Positions 20,963-31,616 of a DNA stretch of 64,000 nucleotides are shown here, in pieces. The notes under the pieces were generated by a model, which saw only the letters and a list, made by a program, of their open reading frames with translations, searched no databases and was not told the DNA's origin. The DNA is from an uncultured Eubacteriales bacterium. Its GTDB lineage: Bacteria > Bacillota_I > Bacilli_A > RFN20 > UBA1709. Location of the stretch: assembly GCA_964367815.1 (NCBI GenBank), contig CAYIYR010000001.1, positions 5,831 through 69,830 of the forward strand. The letters run 5' to 3'. The first letter of the stretch is position 1. Each line of letters starts with the position of its first letter. Both the position numbers and the translations under genes were made by a program.

Positions 20963-22666
20963 ATGATCAAATTTAACGATTATAAGTATGAAGAATTAAA
21001 TATTGAAGAAATAGAACAGCAGTTCAAACAATTAACTGTCGAATTTAAAGCAGCAAAAACAGCAAAAAAACAAATTGAAATAATTGCAAGATTAAACGAG
21101 CTAAATATTAGAATTGATACGGCTTTATCTTTGGTTAATATTCGCTTCTTACAGGATGTTAGCAACGAATATTATTCAAAGCAGCAAGATTTTTGTGATG
21201 AAAGTCGTCCTAGATTACAATTGGCGGCCAATGAGTTTGCAAAAGCACTTATTGAAAGTCCCTTTAAGAAAGCAATTAATAAGGTCTATGGACCAAGAAT
21301 GTGGATCAATGCTGAAGTCACAATCAAGACTGTAAGTCCCGAAGTTATCGCTGATATGATTGAAGATAATAAACTACGCAGTAAGTATAGTAAACTATGT
21401 GCGGGAGCAAAGATTCGCTTCAAGGGTAAAATCTATAATTTCCCAGGGATTAATAAATTTACAGCGGATCCGGATAGAACCATTAGAGCAGCGGCCAGCA
21501 AGGCTTATTTCAAATGGTATAGTGATCATTTAGAAGAATACGATGATATTTATGATCAGATGGTTAAGGTTAGAGATAGAATAGCTAAAAAATTAGGCTA
21601 TGAAAACTATGTGGCCTTAGCGTATTTAAAAATGGGTAGAACCGATTATAATCCTGAGGATGTAAAAGGCTATCGTGATCAGGTCTATAAGTATCTAGTT
21701 CCCTTAACAAAACAGTTATTTAGAAGACAAGCCAAGCGCTTAGGAATTAAGGGAATGAAATGGTATGATTACAATTTGCAATTCTTAAGTGGAAACGCCA
21801 CTCCTAAGGGCACGCCGAAAGAATTGGTTGAGGTTGCTAGCAAAATGTATAGCGAAATGTCGCCTGAAACCAAGGAATATTTCCAATTTATGAGAGATTC
21901 TGATTTGCTGGATTTAGAATCAAGACCCAATAAATCTGCCGGTGGTTTCTCAATTACTATTCCCGCTTATAAAGCACCATTCATTTATGCGAACTTTAAC
22001 GGAACCAGTGCTGATGTTGATGTATTAACTCACGAAGCTGGTCATGCTTTTATGGCTTACTGCTGTAAAGATGCCATTGTTGAAGATAATGTTTGGCCAA
22101 CAATGGAGGCTTGTGAAATTCACTCAATGAGCATGGAATTCTTTGCCTATCCTTGGCTAGAAGGCTTCTTCAAAGAAGAAACAAATAAATATAAGTTTGC
22201 CCATCTAAGTGGATGCCTAACCTTTATTCCTTATGGTGTTGCGGTTGATGAGTTCCAGGCTTTCGTTTATGAAAATCCAACAGTTACCCCAGCAGCGAGA
22301 AGAGCAAAATGGAGAGAGATTGAGAAAAAGTATTTACCTCATCTCAAATATGGCAATAATGAATTTCTCAACAATGGTGGTCGCTGGATGAGACAGGCTC
22401 ACATCTATGAGGATCCATTCTATTATATTGATTATACAATCGCTCAAGTCTGTGCTTTCCAATTCTTCAATGCCATGAATGTGGATTATAAAGAAGCTTG
22501 GAACCGTTACTTGAATCTGTGTAAATTAGGTGGAAGCAACACATTCTTGAATCTATTAAAAGATAAGGGAGTGAAATTAGTTTCTCCATTCAAAGCTGGA
22601 TGCATTAAAAAAGTAGTCAAACCACTTAAAGAATATTTAAATCAATTTGATGATAGTAAGATGTAA
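20963..22666 (+). CDS. pepF: oligoendopeptidase F (M3B family)
   Basis: The product has the HEAGH zinc motif (LTHEAGHAFMAY) and M3-family length. RBS GGTGGAGG precedes the ATG at 20963. Confidence 0.9.
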   Translation: MIKFNDYKYEELNIEEIEQQFKQLTVEFKAAKTAKKQIEIIARLNELNIRIDTALSLVNIRFLQDVSNEYYSKQQDFCDESRPRLQLAANEFAKALIESPFKKAINKVYGPRMWINAEVTIKTVSPEVIADMIEDNKLRSKYSKLCAGAKIRFKGKIYNFPGINKFTADPDRTIRAAASKAYFKWYSDHLEEYDDIYDQMVKVRDRIAKKLGYENYVALAYLKMGRTDYNPEDVKGYRDQVYKYLVPLTKQLFRRQAKRLGIKGMKWYDYNLQFLSGNATPKGTPKELVEVASKMYSEMSPETKEYFQFMRDSDLLDLESRPNKSAGGFSITIPAYKAPFIYANFNGTSADVDVLTHEAGHAFMAYCCKDAIVEDNVWPTMEACEIHSMSMEFFAYPWLEGFFKEETNKYKFAHLSGCLTFIPYGVAVDEFQAFVYENPTVTPAARRAKWREIEKKYLPHLKYGNNEFLNNGGRWMRQAHIYEDPFYYIDYTIAQVCAFQFFNAMNVDYKEAWNRYLNLCKLGGSNTFLNLLKDKGVKLVSPFKAGCIKKVVKPLKEYLNQFDDSKM

Positions 22667-22669
22667 AAA

Positions 22670-22702
22670 GAAAAGCAGCAAATTTTGCTGCTTTTTTCTT
22701 TT
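22670..22702. terminator. bidirectional terminator between pepF and argS
   Basis: Hairpin AGCAGCAAA-TT-TTGCTGCT is flanked by A and T runs. Confidence 0.65.
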
Positions 22703-22706
22703 TTAT

Positions 22707-24359
22707 TTACATTTGTTCGGGAGCTGTAACGCCAATGATGTTTAAGGCATTTTCAAGAACCGTTTTTGTGGCGATTAACAAGCCAACTCTTTCATTTGTT
22801 AATGCCGGGTTACTGGCATCCACAACTTTGCAAGCACCATAGAAGGCATGGAACATCTGTGCAAGTTTCTGGATATAGTTGCATATTTTGTTTGGACTTC
22901 TTGTTTTCGCAGCCGTAGACACATCGTTAGTAAACTCACTAATATGTTTAAGCAAATCTACTTCTTTTTCGTGATTCAATAATTCATAACAATCTTGCTT
23001 GGTGAACTCGGGCGCACTTCTAAGAATGGAACAAATCCGCGCATGGGCATATTGAGCATAGAAGACAGGATTGTCACTTGTTTGCGATTTTGCTAATGTT
23101 AAATCAAAATCTAGATGGGTATCAGCGGCTCTTGAACAGAAGAAATAACGCAAAGCATCAACGCCAATATCATCAATTAATTCTCTCAAAGTAACAGCTT
23201 TGCCTGTTCTCTTTGACATTTTAACTTCCTCGCCATTTTCAATTAAGCGAACCATTTGAAGTATATCAATATCCAAGCAGTTTGCTGGATAGCCAAAGCA
23301 CATTAAGGCTGCTTTCATCCGTGAAATGTAGCCATGATGGTCGGCACCCAAGATATCAACTAAGTGAGTATAACCTCTTTCTAACTTTGTTAAATGATAT
23401 GCAATATCCGGCATCAAGTAAGTATAAGCACCATTTTGCTTTTTAATTACACGGTCTTTATCATCACCAAATTCGGTGGTTTTTAGCCAGACCGCACCAT
23501 CAGTCTCGTAAGCATAGCCTTTTTCAAGTAAGGCATCAAAAGTTTCTTCAACTTTATGGGAGTCTCTAATTGTTTGCTCGCTAGACCAAACATCAAAAGT
23601 GACACCAAATTCATGGAGAATAGCTTTGATTTTATCTAATTCCATTCTAATTCCAGTCTTACGGAAGTATTCATGACGAGCATCCGACTTAGCGCTTAGC
23701 CACTTATCGCCATCTTCTTCTTTTACCTTTTTGGCCAAGTCAATGATATCCACGGCGTGATAGCCGTCTTCCGGAAATTCTACAGTTAATCCAAAGGCTT
23801 CACAATAACGAGCGTAGATAGAAGCGGCAAGATTATCAATTTGATTGCCGGCATCGTTAATATAATACTCTCTGATACAATCATAACCACTCATTTTTAG
23901 TAATCTAGTTAATGAATCGCCCCAAGCTGCAGCTTTGGCATGACCAACGTGTAGATCACCAGTTGGGTTTGCTGATACATACTCAACTAATATTTTTTCA
24001 CTTTGTCCGCTTTGATTATAACCGTATTTCGCACCTTCACTAATTATGTGATTTATGCAATCCGCAAGTGCGCTTTCTCTAACAAAAAGATTGATGAAGC
24101 CAGGACCAGCAATTTCTACTTTCTTAAGTGGAAGAGAAGAATTATCTAAACCAATTTTTATTGCTTCAGCAATAATTCTGGGATTCTGCTTTAATTCTTT
24201 TGCTAAACGCATAGCAACACTGGTAGAGTAATCTCCTAAAGAACAAGACTTAGGAATCTCAATAACTAAAAGAGGATTATCGGCAGTTATGTCATAATTA
24301 AATTTTACTTTTAGAATTTCTACTATTTCACTTTTTATCAATTGCTCGATCTTGTTCAT
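22707..24359 (-). CDS. argS: arginyl-tRNA synthetase
   Basis: The product has the class I HIGH motif (PTGDLHVGHAKAAAWGD), KMSKR-like MSKRTG, and an Arg-tRNA anticodon-binding C-terminus. The start is MNKIEQ. Confidence 0.95.
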   Translation of the reverse strand: MNKIEQLIKSEIVEILKVKFNYDITADNPLLVIEIPKSCSLGDYSTSVAMRLAKELKQNPRIIAEAIKIGLDNSSLPLKKVEIAGPGFINLFVRESALADCINHIISEGAKYGYNQSGQSEKILVEYVSANPTGDLHVGHAKAAAWGDSLTRLLKMSGYDCIREYYINDAGNQIDNLAASIYARYCEAFGLTVEFPEDGYHAVDIIDLAKKVKEEDGDKWLSAKSDARHEYFRKTGIRMELDKIKAILHEFGVTFDVWSSEQTIRDSHKVEETFDALLEKGYAYETDGAVWLKTTEFGDDKDRVIKKQNGAYTYLMPDIAYHLTKLERGYTHLVDILGADHHGYISRMKAALMCFGYPANCLDIDILQMVRLIENGEEVKMSKRTGKAVTLRELIDDIGVDALRYFFCSRAADTHLDFDLTLAKSQTSDNPVFYAQYAHARICSILRSAPEFTKQDCYELLNHEKEVDLLKHISEFTNDVSTAAKTRSPNKICNYIQKLAQMFHAFYGACKVVDASNPALTNERVGLLIATKTVLENALNIIGVTAPEQM

Positions 24360-25320
24360 CGTCAACACCCTCTTCTTTTGTGTCTTTAATTATATCTATA
24401 TTTTCCGCTTTTGCAATATTACCGGCTGAATTTGTTGCATTTTCGCGTTCGATTTTCCTCTTTCGAATTTCATTAAAGTCAATTTGAGCAAAAACGATAG
24501 CAATTATCATAATAATTCCGCCAATGGCGTTCTTCCAATGGAAAGGTTCGCCCATGAAAGAAATTGCGATAATTGTGGCAAACAATCCTTCTTGAGACAT
24601 TATTAAACTGGCTTTGCTCGGTTCAAGGTGTCGCTGGCTCCAAATCTGGCCAACAAAACCGACAACTCCCGATAATAAAGCAAAGTAAGCAATTCCCCAC
24701 CAACCAACGGGTCCACCAAATACTGGGCTTTTGGTAACTAAAACGCCAATTCCCGAGTAAACTCCCATAATAATAAATTGGATAGCCGCAATTGCAAAAG
24801 CAGAAAAATCCTTGGTGTGTCTATCAATATAGAGTATATGAACAGCATAGGCCGCCGCGCCAGCTAAGACTAGGAGATCTCCAATTTGTGGCTTAAATGA
24901 ATCATCTAAGCTGAGAACTGCTGCACCAATAAAAGCGATTAAGCAGGCGATGAAAGCGATGCTTGAAGGTTTTTTGCGAAAGAAAATCCAGGAAAATAAA
25001 GGCACCAGAATAATACCAGCGGATGTTAAAAAGGCGGTATTAGAAATGGTGGTTATTTTTTGTCCTTCTAACTGTAAAACATATCCAGCAAAAAATAAAG
25101 TTCCAGAGATGATGCCAATTTTAAGCATATTTTTATTTTTCCAAAACTTCGTTTTCCACGCTAGAACAAGGCAAACGGCTCCACCAATAATACTTCTAGC
25201 AAAAAGGATAGAGAAAGTAGACCAACCAGAATTAATGGCAATTTGGGAAGCACTATAACCGCCGCCCCAAATGATAGCGACAATAATCATCACAATAACA
25301 GCCAAACGTTTTTTTCCCAT
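24328..25320 (-). CDS. EamA/DMT-family transporter
   Basis: The product has ten TM helices in two EamA repeats. RBS GGAAGGAGG precedes the ATG at 25320. It overlaps the start of argS by about 30 nt. Confidence 0.8.
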   Translation of the reverse strand: MGKKRLAVIVMIIVAIIWGGGYSASQIAINSGWSTFSILFARSIIGGAVCLVLAWKTKFWKNKNMLKIGIISGTLFFAGYVLQLEGQKITTISNTAFLTSAGIILVPLFSWIFFRKKPSSIAFIACLIAFIGAAVLSLDDSFKPQIGDLLVLAGAAAYAVHILYIDRHTKDFSAFAIAAIQFIIMGVYSGIGVLVTKSPVFGGPVGWWGIAYFALLSGVVGFVGQIWSQRHLEPSKASLIMSQEGLFATIIAISFMGEPFHWKNAIGGIIMIIAIVFAQIDFNEIRKRKIERENATNSAGNIAKAENIDIIKDTKEEGVDDEQDRAIDKK

Positions 25321-25496
25321 ACTTTCCTCCTTCCATCTAAGCAAATAAAAATGCCCAACAGCGGCTTGGACATATAATCAGAAATTGCCGAGAAACAACA
25401 AAGTAAGAGCATATTTCATCTTCGGGTGAGAATAAATCTCACATGTAACCTCATTATACCATATTATTCTTATCTTAGTAAGGGGTGCACCAAGAA

Positions 25497-25532
25497 AAAG
25501 CACAGAGGACTTAGTCTCCTTCTGTGCCATCT
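25497..25532 (-). terminator. rho-independent terminator after the yfhO-like gene
   Basis: Hairpin GCACAGAAGGAGAC-TAAG-TCCTCTGTGC on the minus strand includes the stop codon and is followed by TTTTTCTTGG. Confidence 0.6.
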
Positions 25533-28500
25533 TCTTCTTTCTTCTTTTTCTTATTAAAAACAATTTCGATTGTAACCGTTGCACCAATAAACAGGAACGC
25601 ACAAATTCCGCTCAACGCCAATCCTTTATTAATTCCTGGTGAAGTATATTGAAGGTGATATGTATTTTTTCCTTCATTCGCAATTAAGCCAATGAAGCCG
25701 CCATCCACTTTATAATACTTTGTATTAACGCCATTTACAGTTAATTTCCAGCCACTATCATAGGGTACTGATAAAACAACAAAGCGCTTATCACTATAAT
25801 TGGTTGTGAAATCAATCGTATTGTTGGTATGACTAATGTTTTCTAATGGAGATTGCTCAAGTTTTTGAAGGCGTGATAAGTAGGCGTTGTAGGGTTCTGA
25901 GAAAAAGCTCAATCCATATTTTGTAAGCAAGGATGGTTCAATATCATTTAATGCTTCAATCTCAATACGATCAACACTCTTACGAATATAAAATCCACGA
26001 GCAAATTTATGATCACCATTATGATCATAATAATTTACGCCATGATCATCCGAAGTTACCAATTCATCGCCGTGATAAAAACTAATCTTCAAGTTTGGTC
26101 CATAGTTGATTCCGCAGATTACATGGTAGCCACCACAAGTCTCGGCATCAGGACCGATGACATTACTTGCTGACAAGCGAACAATAACCTTGTCACCAGA
26201 ATCACTAGCTAAATCTGAATTCTCCGGCCAAGGCCCATAGAGCTTATAGCCATATTCTTTTCTAAAGTTTGCTTGTCCCTCGTTATAATTTACATCTTCT
26301 TGATTTTCAAATATATCACGAATATAGTCAGAACCTAATGTTCGAATTGAAGTAGAACCTATAGGGTATTCAACCGCTCTTTCTCTTGGCTGATAGAATA
26401 GATTATTGTTTTGAATATAAGTTCGATTGTAGGTAGTATAGTAACTATCAAGGAAGTTTAGATTCGAACCCATAAGACTTGTTATTTCTTCTTTATCGGT
26501 GGCTTGAACAATCGCACAATCAGTTAGTGCTGATTCATACATAAAATGATCAGACATATTATTTGAAACATCAAACGAAGTAGAATGGCCGCTGTTGCTT
26601 TGCGTGTAACAAAATGCTTGATCAAAAGCATAACCTAGTTCAACAAAGTGATCGTTCTTATACACTTTATAATGTTCTGTTTCTTTATATAAACTATAAC
26701 CCAAAGGAATGTTGGTATCTTCTTTTTCTAAAAGATAATACTTTACATTTAAGAATGCATCGAGATTATAACGCTTCTCATCGATTCCCATTGACCAGTT
26801 TCCACTAGTATAGGAAGAACGTGTCCAGTTTTGAATAAAGACATCCAATTCCGTATTGTATAGGGAGTGAAATGTTCCTAATCCTTTATAGCCCAACGAT
26901 AAAGAAAGATTGTTGGTGTTGCGATCAGCCATACTATCAAAAATGCGGTAAAATGAAGGGTCTTCTTTTTGCAATTCATTGACAATTTTTCTTTGCTCTC
27001 TAAATAAATTCTGCCCGCCATATAATTCCCAATAGTTTTGGATTCCTTGGCCTAATAATGCGATGTTTCCACAGACAATTAAGTCAATGGCAACCATAAT
27101 TAAAACAATGCGTTTTGTCGGTACTTTTTTACGTAGGATTCCAATTTCGTCGTGCGGCATTATGCGATACATAATTGTGAATATTACAATTTGGAAAACC
27201 ATCAAAATGCAGATGCCGGCAATGTGATACCAATCTAGACTCAATCTTTCATAATGAAGAGCGGCTCCCACGGATATTCCAATTAGTGTCAAACAAATGA
27301 TAAAACTCTTTATAAGGTCAGTTCGATCCATCTCTTTTAGTTTATCAATTGTTGGTGCGGTAGCAATAATCATGATCAAGACAACAAAGATTAGCCATCT
27401 TCCATACAGGACAGTACTGAAGCCACCGAATAGATAAAAATAGAATGGTATAAAAGGCATAAATATCATCCAAATTGTGCCAAAAAATTTCCAAAACTTT
27501 TTTGAACGGAAATTAAGTTTTATAGTTGGCCATAATAACAATAACATAGGAGTAGAGATATAAAGATTTGAAACATAATTATCATAGCCCGAATTGCTGA
27601 ACAAGGCATTTTCCCAACTGCTTGTTGCGGGAAATACCGTTTCTAAGATAATGTAAATAAACTTTTGCTCGCGATCAGATGCGCTGCCAGGATAGACAAA
27701 CACATAGCGAAGCAAGTTTTTAAAATTGTCATTGCTGAAGAATGCTTTGAAGGATTTTAAAGCCCCAAAGTTAAAGCCATCTGCGGTCTTTTCAGGTGAA
27801 ACAAAGAAAAACTTTAAGAAATCCATTAGTAGCGATGAGCCACTAACTCTTGATACGGTTGTTACGATATGAATGGCGGGGAAGATTACAAATGCGCACA
27901 TACCAACGCCAACGCAAGAATAAAATAAGCCTTGTAATATTATTGATAAATTATGTCCTTTATTCTTTTTGAAGCATTGGAAATAGCGAAACAAAGCATA
28001 CATCATTGTTGTAAATACAAAGGTAAAAAGAAAATAGTAATTAACCAAGCCACAGACTAACAAGGCAATGGCTAATGGCCAGCCTTTTCTCTTTTGAACA
28101 CAGTATTCTACACCAAGTAAGGTCAGAGGTAGAACCGCTAATACATCATAGAAGTGATTAAACCAGACATAATATAGTCCCCAACCACATAAACCATAGG
28201 CAATCGCACCCGTTAATGAGGCGGTGTCCGATAAGTGGAAGAATTTATTTAGTAGAATATAGACAAACAAACCACCACACGCTATCTTGATAGTCATCAT
28301 TATGAAGATTCCTTGGGGGACTAAAGAAACGGGTAATAAATAGATGGGTAAGGAGAAAGGACTAGTTAAGTAGTAAAAGGTATTACCAGCAAAATAGTTA
28401 TAGCCTAAATACCCTTCATAACTCCACATTTGGAATTCTCCAGTCTTGAAGAAATTCCAGAATGCATCATGTCCTTCAACATAGAAATGTAACTGTTGGA

Positions 28501-28666
28501 GACAATAATCGCCCGATACAGGGAGAGTTAAGCCGTTTGGTATGGCTTGAAAGGCAAAAAGAAAGAAAGTAATTGCCCAAATTATGCTAAAAACACGTAA
28601 GTATTTATGCTTTTTGTAGAAAGCACCAATTTTACTTAAAATTGTTCTTATTTTTTGCATAGCCAA
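25511..28666 (-). CDS. YfhO-family membrane glycosyltransferase-like protein, unusually long (1051 aa)
   Basis: About 13 N-terminal TM helices and a conserved YfhO-type N-terminus (TLPVSGDYCLQQLHFYVEGHDAFWNFFKTGEFQMWSYEGYLG) are followed by a large extracytoplasmic domain of roughly 500 aa and a final C-terminal TM helix. Confidence 0.75.
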   Translation of the reverse strand: MAMQKIRTILSKIGAFYKKHKYLRVFSIIWAITFFLFAFQAIPNGLTLPVSGDYCLQQLHFYVEGHDAFWNFFKTGEFQMWSYEGYLGYNYFAGNTFYYLTSPFSLPIYLLPVSLVPQGIFIMMTIKIACGGLFVYILLNKFFHLSDTASLTGAIAYGLCGWGLYYVWFNHFYDVLAVLPLTLLGVEYCVQKRKGWPLAIALLVCGLVNYYFLFTFVFTTMMYALFRYFQCFKKNKGHNLSIILQGLFYSCVGVGMCAFVIFPAIHIVTTVSRVSGSSLLMDFLKFFFVSPEKTADGFNFGALKSFKAFFSNDNFKNLLRYVFVYPGSASDREQKFIYIILETVFPATSSWENALFSNSGYDNYVSNLYISTPMLLLLWPTIKLNFRSKKFWKFFGTIWMIFMPFIPFYFYLFGGFSTVLYGRWLIFVVLIMIIATAPTIDKLKEMDRTDLIKSFIICLTLIGISVGAALHYERLSLDWYHIAGICILMVFQIVIFTIMYRIMPHDEIGILRKKVPTKRIVLIMVAIDLIVCGNIALLGQGIQNYWELYGGQNLFREQRKIVNELQKEDPSFYRIFDSMADRNTNNLSLSLGYKGLGTFHSLYNTELDVFIQNWTRSSYTSGNWSMGIDEKRYNLDAFLNVKYYLLEKEDTNIPLGYSLYKETEHYKVYKNDHFVELGYAFDQAFCYTQSNSGHSTSFDVSNNMSDHFMYESALTDCAIVQATDKEEITSLMGSNLNFLDSYYTTYNRTYIQNNNLFYQPRERAVEYPIGSTSIRTLGSDYIRDIFENQEDVNYNEGQANFRKEYGYKLYGPWPENSDLASDSGDKVIVRLSASNVIGPDAETCGGYHVICGINYGPNLKISFYHGDELVTSDDHGVNYYDHNGDHKFARGFYIRKSVDRIEIEALNDIEPSLLTKYGLSFFSEPYNAYLSRLQKLEQSPLENISHTNNTIDFTTNYSDKRFVVLSVPYDSGWKLTVNGVNTKYYKVDGGFIGLIANEGKNTYHLQYTSPGINKGLALSGICAFLFIGATVTIEIVFNKKKKKEEDGTEGD

Positions 28667-28781
28667 CCTTCTTTCACGTAAACATTATAAAGGTAGAAAA
28701 AAAAGATAGCAAGATAATGAACTTCAATGTGGAAAATATCGCTGAGTTTGTTATAATTAAGAAGAACAAGAGGTGTTGACG

Positions 28782-29387
28782 ATGATGTATCAACAATATA
28801 AAGAAGGCTGGATAGAAGTAATTACCGGCTGTATGTTTGCAGGAAAAACCGAAGAGTTAATTAGACGGATTCGGGTTCTCCAATTTGCTAAAAAGAAAAT
28901 TCTAGTAATTAAGCCAAAAATAGACAATCGATATAGTGAGGATGAAATCGCTTCACATTCTGGATATAGAGTAAAAAGCATTAATGCTGACAAAGCTAGA
29001 GACATACTGAAGTATGTGACTGACGATGTGGAAGTAGTCGCCATTGATGAAGCTCAATTTTTTGATAAAGATTTGATTCTTGTTTGTGAATCATTAGCAG
29101 ATGCTGGCAAAAGAGTAATGGTTGCTGGTCTCGATCGGGATTTCCGTGGAGAGCCGTTTGGCGTTATGCCAGAACTATTAGTAAGAGCTGAATTTGTTAC
29201 TAAACTAAGCGCCGTTTGTGCTGTCTGTGGCACACCTGCTACAAGAACACAAAGAATCGTTAACGGAGAACCGGCGGATTATTATGATCCAATTGTTTTA
29301 GTGGGAGCTAGCGAGAGTTATGAACCTAGATGTCGCCACTGTCACGAGGTCAAAAATGCACCAACCATTAAGATTGGTAGCAAATAA
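28782..29387 (+). CDS. tdk: thymidine kinase
   Basis: The product has the P-loop [13 protein letters not shown] and the C-terminal zinc ribbon CAVCG...CRHCH. RBS AGAGGTG lies upstream. Confidence 0.9.
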   Translation: MMYQQYKEGWIEVITGCMFAGKTEELIRRIRVLQFAKKKILVIKPKIDNRYSEDEIASHSGYRVKSINADKARDILKYVTDDVEVVAIDEAQFFDKDLILVCESLADAGKRVMVAGLDRDFRGEPFGVMPELLVRAEFVTKLSAVCAVCGTPATRTQRIVNGEPADYYDPIVLVGASESYEPRCRHCHEVKNAPTIKIGSK

Positions 29388-29425
29388 ATCCCAAGAACAG
29401 TATTCTAAATAAAGAAGGTGTTGCT

Positions 29426-30133
29426 ATGCTATTATCTACTTATCAGAAAAGACTGGCTTTTCGTGTTCTGATTTTTCTTTTTGCTGTTTATCTTTATTTC
29501 TTTTATCCACAGTTAACAAATGATTTAGTAAATTTCAGAATAGATAACCTTACCTATTTAACAATTATATGGACAGTATTAATACTTGAAATGATTATTG
29601 TCTTTGCTCCACGACCCAAAGTTAGTATGGGCAGCTTAAAATTGTTCAAACATAATTATGTTGAAAGAGGAGTCGAAATTAATAAAGAAGCTTTCAAGCG
29701 CGAGAAAAGACGCCTTAATTTAGGTGCTTTGAAAGTAGCAATTGCATGGCTTGTGTTGAATGGCATTGTTGCGGCTTTGTATTTTACAAAACTCATTCGT
29801 GAAAAAGAATTGTTTTTAATTTCCATGGGCTATTATGTTAGTGATTTATTCTGTATACTCTATTTTTGCCCCTTCCAAAAATTTTTTATGAAAAATCGTT
29901 GCTGTGTAACTTGTCGCATTTTTAACTGGGATCAAATTATGATGGTAACGCCACTGTTTTTTATCGTGGGAGTGTATAGTTGGACCTTATGTGCAGTTGC
30001 AGTTTTCACTTTTATTCAATGGGAAGTGAATTTTCATAGACATCCAGAAAGATTTATTGAAATGACAAACGCTAGATTGAGTTGTCTAACTTGCAAAGAT
30101 AAAACTTGTAAGATTAAGAAGCCTCTTCGATAG
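29426..30133 (+). CDS. hypothetical Cys-rich membrane protein
   Basis: The product has 5-6 TM helices with CCVTCRIF and CLTCKDKTCKIKK motifs. Its 3' end overlaps the convergent MATE gene by 20 nt. Confidence 0.45.
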   Translation: MLLSTYQKRLAFRVLIFLFAVYLYFFYPQLTNDLVNFRIDNLTYLTIIWTVLILEMIIVFAPRPKVSMGSLKLFKHNYVERGVEINKEAFKREKRRLNLGALKVAIAWLVLNGIVAALYFTKLIREKELFLISMGYYVSDLFCILYFCPFQKFFMKNRCCVTCRIFNWDQIMMVTPLFFIVGVYSWTLCAVAVFTFIQWEVNFHRHPERFIEMTNARLSCLTCKDKTCKIKKPLR

Positions 30134-31496
30134 GGGCTTTTTCTTTGCTCTTCTTAGCGAAGGCCACATTAACGGCTTTTATTCCTCTGGGGAAGAAGAT
30201 AGCTACACCGACTAATTCAGCAATGGTATAACAGAAGAAAACACCTTCAAAGCCAAAGAGTTTAGATAGTAGCAAAGCACTAGGTAACAATATAATAATT
30301 TGGCGACAAAGAGATAGCAGTAAGGAACTGGTTCCTTTACCAATTGATTGGAAGGTGGTTGCAGTAATAATTCCTAGCGCGGAGAAAACAAAGCTAATGC
30401 TGAGAATTCTTAGGGCATAGATTCCCGCTGTGTAGGCTTCAGCTGGTAAATTAAATAATTGAAGAATAAGTTTTGGTAAGGTAAAGAAAAGCACGGTTCC
30501 CACACACATAATGATGACACAAGAAATCAATGAGATCTTTCGGGCCTGATTAAAGCGACCTTTATTATTCGCCCCATAATTATAACTAAGAATTGGCATT
30601 AACCCTTGGGTGAGCCCAAAGACTGGCATAAAGATGAATGAACGCAGCTTAAAATAGATTCCTTGAATTGTAATGGCATAAGGATAGACCTTAATAATCA
30701 AATTCATTAAGGTAGTTGTGAAGGCCGCGATAGCATTCATGACAAATGTTGGAATACCTACTCTTGCAATTGACAGCACATTATCAGAGGTGAGCTTGAA
30801 GTCTTTCAAATTCATATCGATATCTAATTTTTTAACTATATAGATGATAATAACAAAAATCATCGATAAAACCTGACCAATAATAGTGGCGATAGCAGCG
30901 CCTAAAACACCCATTGAAGGAACAAACCAAAAGCCAAAAATAAATACAGGATCAAGAATGATGTTAGTTACCGCTCCAATAATCTGCGAAATCATTGGAA
31001 TTTTCATGTTTCCTGTGGCTTGTAGCACTCGGCACAAGCAAACCTCAATAAAAACGCCAAAACCAAAGCAGAGAATAACTCTTAAATAGGTGACACCCAT
31101 TTGAATGGTTGTAGCATCTTCAGTAAACCAACTCATGAAAAGAGAAGGAAAAAGCAATCCGATAATACAGACCACAATCGCGCCGCATAGTGCTATAAAC
31201 AAACCGGTTCTAGCAATTTGACTGGCATCATCTTTTCGCTTTTCACCAAGTCGACGCGCAACCATTACATTGGTTCCGACCCCAATGGCGACCGCCAAGG
31301 CGATAACAATTGTCTGCAGGGGGAAAGCTATAGATAAAGCATCGAGTCCAGCGGTGCTATATCGTGATACATAGATTGAATCAACAATATTATAAAGCGC
31401 TTTAACAATCATTGAGAGCATTGCCGGTAAAGACATGGTCAAAATAAGTTTGCCTATCGGCATGTCGCGCATTTTATCTGAATGTAGTGCTTGCAT
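30114..31496 (-). CDS. MATE family efflux transporter
   Basis: The product has 12 TM helices and MATE/NorM-like repeats. RBS GGCGGAG precedes the ATG at 31496 (MQALHSDK...). Confidence 0.8.
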   Translation of the reverse strand: MQALHSDKMRDMPIGKLILTMSLPAMLSMIVKALYNIVDSIYVSRYSTAGLDALSIAFPLQTIVIALAVAIGVGTNVMVARRLGEKRKDDASQIARTGLFIALCGAIVVCIIGLLFPSLFMSWFTEDATTIQMGVTYLRVILCFGFGVFIEVCLCRVLQATGNMKIPMISQIIGAVTNIILDPVFIFGFWFVPSMGVLGAAIATIIGQVLSMIFVIIIYIVKKLDIDMNLKDFKLTSDNVLSIARVGIPTFVMNAIAAFTTTLMNLIIKVYPYAITIQGIYFKLRSFIFMPVFGLTQGLMPILSYNYGANNKGRFNQARKISLISCVIIMCVGTVLFFTLPKLILQLFNLPAEAYTAGIYALRILSISFVFSALGIITATTFQSIGKGTSSLLLSLCRQIIILLPSALLLSKLFGFEGVFFCYTIAELVGVAIFFPRGIKAVNVAFAKKSKEKAPIEEAS

Positions 31497-31616
31497 ATAA
31501 TCTCCGCCTTTGTACTTTATGATTATACGCGAGACAAAACGAAGTAGCAAACAACAAATACAAAATAATACATTTAATGCAGTTTTATTTGTTATAATAG
31601 GAAAGCATAGAAAAGA

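Noticed and set aside
28661-28680. A second parS-like sequence (TCTTTCACGTAAACA)
   Set aside because: One base of the central palindrome is missing and there are several mismatches. It does not approach the exact site at 3316.
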